A stretch of 64,000 nt of DNA from Myxococcota bacterium (GTDB lineage: Bacteria; Myxococcota_A; UBA796; GCA-2862545): positions 1-64,000 of the forward strand of contig JBCCQY010000039.1 of the NCBI GenBank assembly GCA_039208735.1. Reading direction: 5' to 3'. The position numbers and the translations under genes were made by a program. Positions 58,285 through 64,000 of this stretch are shown here, piece after piece (within the stretch, counting starts at the first letter, position 1; each line of letters begins with the position of its first letter). The notes beneath the pieces were generated by a model. The model saw only the letters and a list, made by a program, of their open reading frames with translations, ran no database searches and was not told where the DNA came from.

Positions 58285-59480
58285 CGCGACTCCAGGACCC
58301 AGGCGAGTTCCCGGGCGATCGAGGCGTGCAGGCCGCCGACTGGCGGATTTGGAAGCACGCCCCAGGTGTAGGTCTCGACTTCGAGGTGCCGACAAGCAAG
58401 CCCCCGCCGCAGGCGTTCGAGGACCTCCCGGACGGCCGACTGGGTGCTCGAGAGCGCACCATAGTCGTCCTCGAACAAAGGAACATGGAAGTGCGTTCTC
58501 AGCATCCCCTCCCCATCGCCGGCTGACAAGGCAGCCAGGGCAGGCTCGAGGTCCGTAAATCGGCGGGGCGCCCCCGAGGGCATTTGCATGGCGACTTGGT
58601 GCAAGTAGACAGGCTCGTCGAAGGGAGTGAGGGCTCGGGCGACCGCTTGGGCCTCGTGAACATCGCGCCACCGGGCTTCAAGGGCTGATGACAGCTGGAT
58701 CTTTCCCACTTCAATGGCCTCCGCCCTCAACCCCGCAAGCCCGTCGTCGAGCGACTCGAAGACCACCGCGGCGTGGCACACATCCAGACACACCCCAAGA
58801 TGGCGACGCAGCCGACGTTCGGCTTCTTCAGCACGGATGCCTGACTGGCGCATGAGGTGGTCACGCCCTTCGCGGAACAAGGTGTCCACAAAGAACGAAC
58901 GGGCCTGGGCCAGGGTCTCGAGCAAGCCATCGGGCTCGGGCTCCAGGTCGACGTGGATGCGTTGCCCGGTCTCGGCTTCAAGCTCCACAAGCGACGCCGC
59001 CACATCCGCCAGGGCACGCGCCGCCTCGGACATTGCCCGATGGGGGTCAGAATGGTGGGCCCGGTAGCCCAATGGCGAGGTCGAAATGCTGCCTTCAGCC
59101 CCCGGGGGGCTCAGCGCAGCCAGGAGTCGGGCCAATCGAATCAGGTACGCAGGCCGCTCAGGCTCGGTCCAATCGGGGCGATGCACCTGATCTTTAACCG
59201 GAGCGCCATGAAAGGTGCCGTAGGGAAAGCCGTTGATCGTAAAGACGTAGGCCTCGTGACGGTCGAGGACATCGCGCAGTTGCGCGAGGCCTTGCGGCGT
59301 CGACAAGTCGCGACTCGCCGCATCGGAGACGCGCAATCCCACGCCAAACGAAGCTTTGAACCCGAGCGCATCCCGCACCGCGGGGACGTCGGTGTCGAGC
59401 ACCCGCAACACGTCCGCCGCCGATTCTCCGGGATGCACATTGGTGCAGTAGGTCAGCTGCCGACCGTCCTCAAGGTTCAC
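58281..59480 (-). CDS. eboE: EboE, TIM-barrel metabolite traffic protein
   Basis: LTYCTNVHPGE, TINGFPYG.FH, LEPEPD, HFHVP, HLEVETYTW. Confidence 0.93.
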   Translation of the reverse strand: MNLEDGRQLTYCTNVHPGESAADVLRVLDTDVPAVRDALGFKASFGVGLRVSDAASRDLSTPQGLAQLRDVLDRHEAYVFTINGFPYGTFHGAPVKDQVHRPDWTEPERPAYLIRLARLLAALSPPGAEGSISTSPLGYRAHHSDPHRAMSEAARALADVAASLVELEAETGQRIHVDLEPEPDGLLETLAQARSFFVDTLFREGRDHLMRQSGIRAEEAERRLRRHLGVCLDVCHAAVVFESLDDGLAGLRAEAIEVGKIQLSSALEARWRDVHEAQAVARALTPFDEPVYLHQVAMQMPSGAPRRFTDLEPALAALSAGDGEGMLRTHFHVPLFEDDYGALSSTQSAVREVLERLRRGLACRHLEVETYTWGVLPNPPVGGLHASIARELAWVLESR

Positions 59481-60682
59481 GAGGTCGCTCGGAGCGAAGT
59501 CGCCTTCGGACTGGCCAGGCCGAACCGTTCGAACTCCGCCACCCGCCGTACTGCCGCACTCACCCGATGGGGATCAATGTCGTGGACTTCGACCCCCTCT
59601 CCAATGCCCCGGAGCAGCATGATGGTGAGTCGGCCCCCAAGGTGTTGACGGAACTCTTCGAGCCCCTCGAGCACCGCGGGCGACACGGCTTGCCGAGCGT
59701 CCCCCGCAAAGAGGGCGGGATGGGTCAAGGGGAGGCCCAAGCCTTGGAGGGTCTGCCAGATTCGGACGACGTCTGTGAAGGGCAGGCCGAAGCGCACGTG
59801 CGACAACGCCACATCGAGCGCCAGACCAATGGCGACAGCCTCACCGTGACGAAGTGCAAAGTCAGTGATGGATTCAAGCTTGTGAGCCGCCCAGTGCCCA
59901 AAGTCCAGCGGCCGCGACGAGCCCAGTTCGAACGGATCGCCAGAGGTTGCAATGTGGTCCATGTGCAGCGCGGCGCAAGCCTTCACGAGGTGGCTCATCG
60001 CATCGAGATCCCCAGCTCGAACCTCATGGGCGTTGGATTCGATCCAGGCGAAAAACGCAGGATCCTTCAACAGCGCAACCTTCACCGCCTCCGCAGTGCA
60101 CGCTCGCCAGTCGCGCGGGTGCAGGGTGGTGAGGAAGGCGGGATCGACGAGCACCGCGCTGGGAGGCGCAAACGTACCGAGAAAGTTCTTTTTCCCAAAG
60201 CGATTGACGCTGTTCTTGACGCCAACGCCGGAGTCGTTTTGCGCCAACGTCGTGGTGGGGACCCGAATCAGCCGAACCCCTCGATGACAAATACCTGCGG
60301 CGAACCCAACCATATCGAGAAAGGCGCCTCCGCCGATGGCCATCACGTAGGCATGGCGGTCGATGGCTTGGTGATCGAGGAGCTGAAGCACCCGATCGGT
60401 GGCACTCGAGTCGTTCTTACAGGCCTCTCCACCCTCGAACACCGTGGGGGGGCCGGCCAACATCAAGCGCTCGGGATGGGCGCCCGCGTACCGCACCACG
60501 GCGTCAATCAAGTGAGGATGCGCCTGTGCGACCCCTGCATCAATGACCACGGCGCAGCGGGCCGGTCCAATCTCGGCGTCCACCACCGACGCCCAGGCCA
60601 GATTGGCCGGGTCGAACAGATCGGTGGTGAAGTCCACCCGATATTGAAAGTCGACCGAGAACCGTCGCTCGAGGAAGCTCAT
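59477..60682 (-). CDS. eboD: EboD, 3-dehydroquinate-synthase-like sugar phosphate cyclase
   Basis: GGEACKN, IGGGAFLD, PTTTLAQNDSGVGVKN, RPLDFGHWAAHKLE, HGEAV. Confidence 0.92.
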   Translation of the reverse strand: MSFLERRFSVDFQYRVDFTTDLFDPANLAWASVVDAEIGPARCAVVIDAGVAQAHPHLIDAVVRYAGAHPERLMLAGPPTVFEGGEACKNDSSATDRVLQLLDHQAIDRHAYVMAIGGGAFLDMVGFAAGICHRGVRLIRVPTTTLAQNDSGVGVKNSVNRFGKKNFLGTFAPPSAVLVDPAFLTTLHPRDWRACTAEAVKVALLKDPAFFAWIESNAHEVRAGDLDAMSHLVKACAALHMDHIATSGDPFELGSSRPLDFGHWAAHKLESITDFALRHGEAVAIGLALDVALSHVRFGLPFTDVVRIWQTLQGLGLPLTHPALFAGDARQAVSPAVLEGLEEFRQHLGGRLTIMLLRGIGEGVEVHDIDPHRVSAAVRRVAEFERFGLASPKATSLRATS

Positions 60683-61563
60683 CACGTCACCCGAAAGCGC
60701 TGGCCGAGCCAGAGGGAAAGAGGAAGCAAGGAAAGCACGAGGAGTCCAGGCAGAAGACCCGCCGCTCCAGCGACGTAAGCGGCATCGAGCGGGATGAGCG
60801 ACAGCACACCGGTACGCACCGCGGCCATGATGTTGGCGGGTTGGTTGTCTTGGTAGGCGCGCCATTTTGCGCTCGCGTTAGCCCACGCCCATCCCGCGAC
60901 GAACCACCAGGCGGCGGTGCCCTTCAGCACGCCCACAGCATGCAAGACGACGAAGCCCACCACGATGAAGGCGTCGAGAGCCATCGCCGCGAGAATCGAG
61001 CCACGGTTGTTGCCATGGACCTCGCCGCGACTCGTCAGGGTGATTGCCGCGACGAACGCCACCGGCAACACCGCGACCGGAGCCACGGAGGCAAGGGCTT
61101 CAGGCACCAAGCTCACCCCAACGAGGAGGTTTAGACCTCGACAGATGCCCATCACCAAGGGGCCAAAGACCGGATGGGGCTTGGCAAACCGGTCGTAGGT
61201 AAGCGCGGCCACCGCCACACCTGTCGCGAGCAACGCGCTGGTCCAGGACACAAAGGCGGCAAGGCCAATGCCGAGCCCCAACCACCCCGCACCGTACAGG
61301 GCAGCGGTCCGACGCGACACCTGCCCACTCGGGATGGGACGTTCCGGACGCTCCACCGCATCGATCTCGGCATCGCACACATCGTTGTAGACGATGCCCC
61401 CAGCATAGAGCGAGACCGAGGCGCCCACGAGCGCCAAGTGCTGCAGGGTTGGAGGCCCAAACGCGCCAGCGAGCGCCATGCCTGCCAACGCATCGGCGGC
61501 AGACGTGACGAGGTTGGCCGGCCGCACCAACACCAACCAAGGATTTTGACGAACTGAAGCCAT
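60682..61563 (-). CDS. eboC: EboC, UbiA-family prenyltransferase
   Basis: RPANL, NDVCDAEIDAVERPERPIPSG, MGICRGLN. Confidence 0.93.
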   Translation of the reverse strand: MASVRQNPWLVLVRPANLVTSAADALAGMALAGAFGPPTLQHLALVGASVSLYAGGIVYNDVCDAEIDAVERPERPIPSGQVSRRTAALYGAGWLGLGIGLAAFVSWTSALLATGVAVAALTYDRFAKPHPVFGPLVMGICRGLNLLVGVSLVPEALASVAPVAVLPVAFVAAITLTSRGEVHGNNRGSILAAMALDAFIVVGFVVLHAVGVLKGTAAWWFVAGWAWANASAKWRAYQDNQPANIMAAVRTGVLSLIPLDAAYVAGAAGLLPGLLVLSLLPLSLWLGQRFRVT

Positions 61564-62504
61564 CAGTTCTCGACGGGTCCAAGGCCACCGCCCGGCCCAT
61601 GGGCAAGGCCCTCATCGGACGAGGCCCCACGACGCGCCACTTGGCCCCGCAAGACGCTGTTGCCATCAAAGAGGTCGCCTTGATCAACCTCAAAGTCGGA
61701 CGCCCAGTCGGCCTCGGAGATGTTTCCGCTCTGGGCATACATCGTCACGGCGTTGCGGTAGCACGTAGCCTCGATGTGGGCGGCGTCGATGCCTTGCTCG
61801 TGCATGAGGGCGGCGGTTCTTGGGACGGCCAGCGGATCACTCACGCCCCAGTCGGCCGAGCTGTCGACGAAGATGTGATCGCTGCCGTACTGCCGCACGA
61901 TGTCGACCATCCGCGCCGAGCCCATCTTCGTGTGCGGGTAGATGGTGAACCCAGCCCAGTAGCCCCGGTCCAACACCTGCTGCACCGTCTCTTCGTTGTT
62001 GTGGTCGATGCACACGCGCTCGGGCGAAAAGCCATGTTCCTCAAGCACATCCATCGTGAGGATGGTGCCCTTGAGCTTGTCACGGTGAGGGGTGTGGACC
62101 TGAATGGGGAGGTCGAGTTCCTTGGCAAGTTCGATCTGAGCCCGAAAATACTTGTCTTCAAGCGCGGTCTGGTCGTCGTAGCCAATCTCTCCGATGGCCA
62201 CGACCCCTTCCTTGACCGCGTACAACGGCAGCAACTCCATGACCTGCTCGGCGAGGCCCTCGTTGTTGGCCTCTTTGCTGTTGAGACCAATCGTGCAGTA
62301 ATGCCGAATGCCAAATTGCTTGGCGCGAAACCGCTCCCAGCCCACGAGCGACGACAGGTAGTCCTGGTAGGCTCCTGACGTGGTTCGTGGCTGTCCCAGC
62401 CAAAACGCTGGTTCGATGATGCCGACGATGCCGGCTTGGCGCATCCGCTCATAGTCATCGGTGGTACGCGACGTCATGTGGATGTGAGGATCGAAGTACA
62501 TCAT
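61563..62504 (-). CDS. eboB: EboB, TatD-family hydrolase
   Basis: DPHIHMTSRTTDDY, GEIGYD, VHTPHRDK, DHNNE, DSSADWG. Confidence 0.93.
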   Translation of the reverse strand: MMYFDPHIHMTSRTTDDYERMRQAGIVGIIEPAFWLGQPRTTSGAYQDYLSSLVGWERFRAKQFGIRHYCTIGLNSKEANNEGLAEQVMELLPLYAVKEGVVAIGEIGYDDQTALEDKYFRAQIELAKELDLPIQVHTPHRDKLKGTILTMDVLEEHGFSPERVCIDHNNEETVQQVLDRGYWAGFTIYPHTKMGSARMVDIVRQYGSDHIFVDSSADWGVSDPLAVPRTAALMHEQGIDAAHIEATCYRNAVTMYAQSGNISEADWASDFEVDQGDLFDGNSVLRGQVARRGASSDEGLAHGPGGGLGPVEN

Positions 62505-63376
62505 GCTTCACCATCGGAATCGGGGATGGGGCTCGGGTAGAGCACGTCACGCGTCGCAGCCACCGTGGCTTGCGCCTCGGCCGACTCGCCAATGGACCGC
62601 CAGGCCGAAGCCTCGGGCGGCCCCACCTGCGCCAAAGTGGCTGCCTTCACAACCAACGGCTCAGCGGACGCAGCGGCGCGCTTGAGGGTTTCATGGTGCC
62701 CAAACTCGGCGACGAGTCGCCACAGCTCGGGGGTGACCGAACGGCCCGCCGACCACCGTTCGTGCGCATAGTCGACCGCCCGGTCGGCCAGGGCTTGGGA
62801 CCGGCGTTCGTCGAGGCCCACAATGCGATAGAGCGGCCGAGCCATGAACACCGCTTTGAGCACGAGTTGCGTCCACCCTACTTCATCGAGCAGCCAGGGT
62901 GCAACTGGATTGTGGAGGGCCACCGCATCGAAGATGTCGACCATGTTGGTGCGAACCCCCTCGGCGACTTGCGCGGCAAACCGGTCCGGTTCGGCAAGTG
63001 CATAGATGCCTCGGTAGATGGCCACTTGCTCACCGATTTCGGCGTGGGTGAGCAGTTTGGAGACCACCGGGTAGACGTCGGAAGCCGGGAGGTTCAGCAT
63101 GAGCCAGACACGCGCCAGAACTGGCAGCGGAAAGGTATCCGGTTCAAACCCTGGATATAACGTTGAAAGGGCGGCCACCTCTTCGGCCGTCAGGTCCGGG
63201 TTGGCCCTTTCGGGTAGGGCACGTCGAACTTGTGCGAACGCACGGTAGAACCGAATCGATGAACCATCGGGCGACCAGCCCTGGCGCACCGCATTCAGGT
63301 CGACGCCTACGCGCCGCAGGGGGCTTGCGAACGCAGCCGAGAATGCTTCGGGTTGGGCTCGCACGGGGCTCGGCAT
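62501..63376 (-). CDS. eboA: EboA domain protein
   Basis: EGVRTNM..F.A....NP, W.QLVLKAVF, YAHERWSAGR.V.PELWR. Confidence 0.9.
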   Translation of the reverse strand: MPSPVRAQPEAFSAAFASPLRRVGVDLNAVRQGWSPDGSSIRFYRAFAQVRRALPERANPDLTAEEVAALSTLYPGFEPDTFPLPVLARVWLMLNLPASDVYPVVSKLLTHAEIGEQVAIYRGIYALAEPDRFAAQVAEGVRTNMVDIFDAVALHNPVAPWLLDEVGWTQLVLKAVFMARPLYRIVGLDERRSQALADRAVDYAHERWSAGRSVTPELWRLVAEFGHHETLKRAAASAEPLVVKAATLAQVGPPEASAWRSIGESAEAQATVAATRDVLYPSPIPDSDGEA

Positions 63377-63600
63377 CCATGCTCCGGGTCGGCGGCGCCA
63401 ACCCTAACGCGCCTTGTAGCGTGCGACGGTTGCACGATCACGATTGACCATCGCGCCGAGGTACCGCTGGATCGCGCTTCCTTTCCGAATGCCCCAGATA
63501 CTGGCGGAAAGGGTGTCCTCCCGATCGTGCAAGGCCCCGCAATTTGCATTCCGATGGCACTCCGGTGTACCTCGGGCCCGCGAAAGTACGGGGGTGTTTC

Positions 63601-64000
63601 ATGTTGCAGGTTGTCGCGCTCGCCGCGGCCTGGATGAGTGCGTCCAGTCCGACGGCCGCGGCTCAGTCCGTTTCGTCACTGGCGGACTTCACGCAATTGT
63701 CGCTTCAAGGCGTCAATATCAACAATCCGACTTCCATCGCGGTCGGCGCAGATGGAAAAATCTACCTAAGCCAGCAGAACGGTTTGCTGGTCGCGCTCAC
63801 AGTCGCGCGGACGTTTGGCACGAACAACGCGGTGGCAACCGAGACCTGGACCGTCACGAACCGGGCGGACATCGATCTTGTCAAGTCGATGCCGAACCAC
63901 GATGACGAAGGCAACTATCTGCCGAATACGAACAATCGGCAGGTGACAGGCATCGCTACCGACGTGGATGCCAACGGCAATGTCATGCTCTATGTCACGT
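63601..64000 (+). CDS. 5' part of a secreted beta-propeller-like protein (runs off the window)
   Basis: Open frame to the window edge: signal peptide MLQVVALAAAW..AAAQ, then NPTSIAVGADGKIYLSQQNG, PNHDD, RQVTGI, LYVT. Confidence 0.75.
   Translation, partial: MLQVVALAAAWMSASSPTAAAQSVSSLADFTQLSLQGVNINNPTSIAVGADGKIYLSQQNGLLVALTVARTFGTNNAVATETWTVTNRADIDLVKSMPNHDDEGNYLPNTNNRQVTGIATDVDANGNVMLYVT

Noticed and set aside
59477..60682. Calling this gene aroB of the shikimate pathway
   Set aside because: The context and the RPLDFGHWAAHKLE motif fit EboD.
1..64000. Many long antisense or alternate-frame ORFs (for example 4040..5032, 11259..12395, 19447..20607, 23176..24426, 59567..60778)
   Set aside because: These are high-GC shadow ORFs overlapping well-supported genes, with no motifs.

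Overview
GC-rich bacterial chromosomal segment. The gene style suggests Myxococcota: many Cys-lipoproteins, an Asp-Thr/Ala low-complexity tract, a TIGR02996-type motif, MopE-like DCDD repeats with a MYXO-CTERM-like tail, three ECF sigma factors, a Ser/Thr kinase and a caspase-family protein. About 55 CDSs are supportable. They include tag, a membrane-fused spermidine synthase, molybdoenzymes, glgB/glgX, an ECF42 operon with its matching promoter, a multiheme cytochrome, sugar transporters and a complete eboABCDEF cluster. No rRNA, tRNA, CRISPR array or transposase was seen. The most striking unannotated signal is a family of short hairpin modules (A about 75 bp, B 34 bp, C 31 bp), each delimited by the palindrome TGATCA. 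They occur at four loci in different combinations, show compensatory stem changes, supply the TGA stops of four genes, split a small membrane-protein gene, and bracket a two-gene DUF6915 cassette. Other highlights: a SecY N-terminal-half paralogue, a GalM homologue lacking its catalytic Glu, an ECF/anti-sigma/caspase operon, a kinase-paired ECF with Thr in the DAED motif, and a candidate structured 5' leader. All family calls come from motif recognition, not from database searches.
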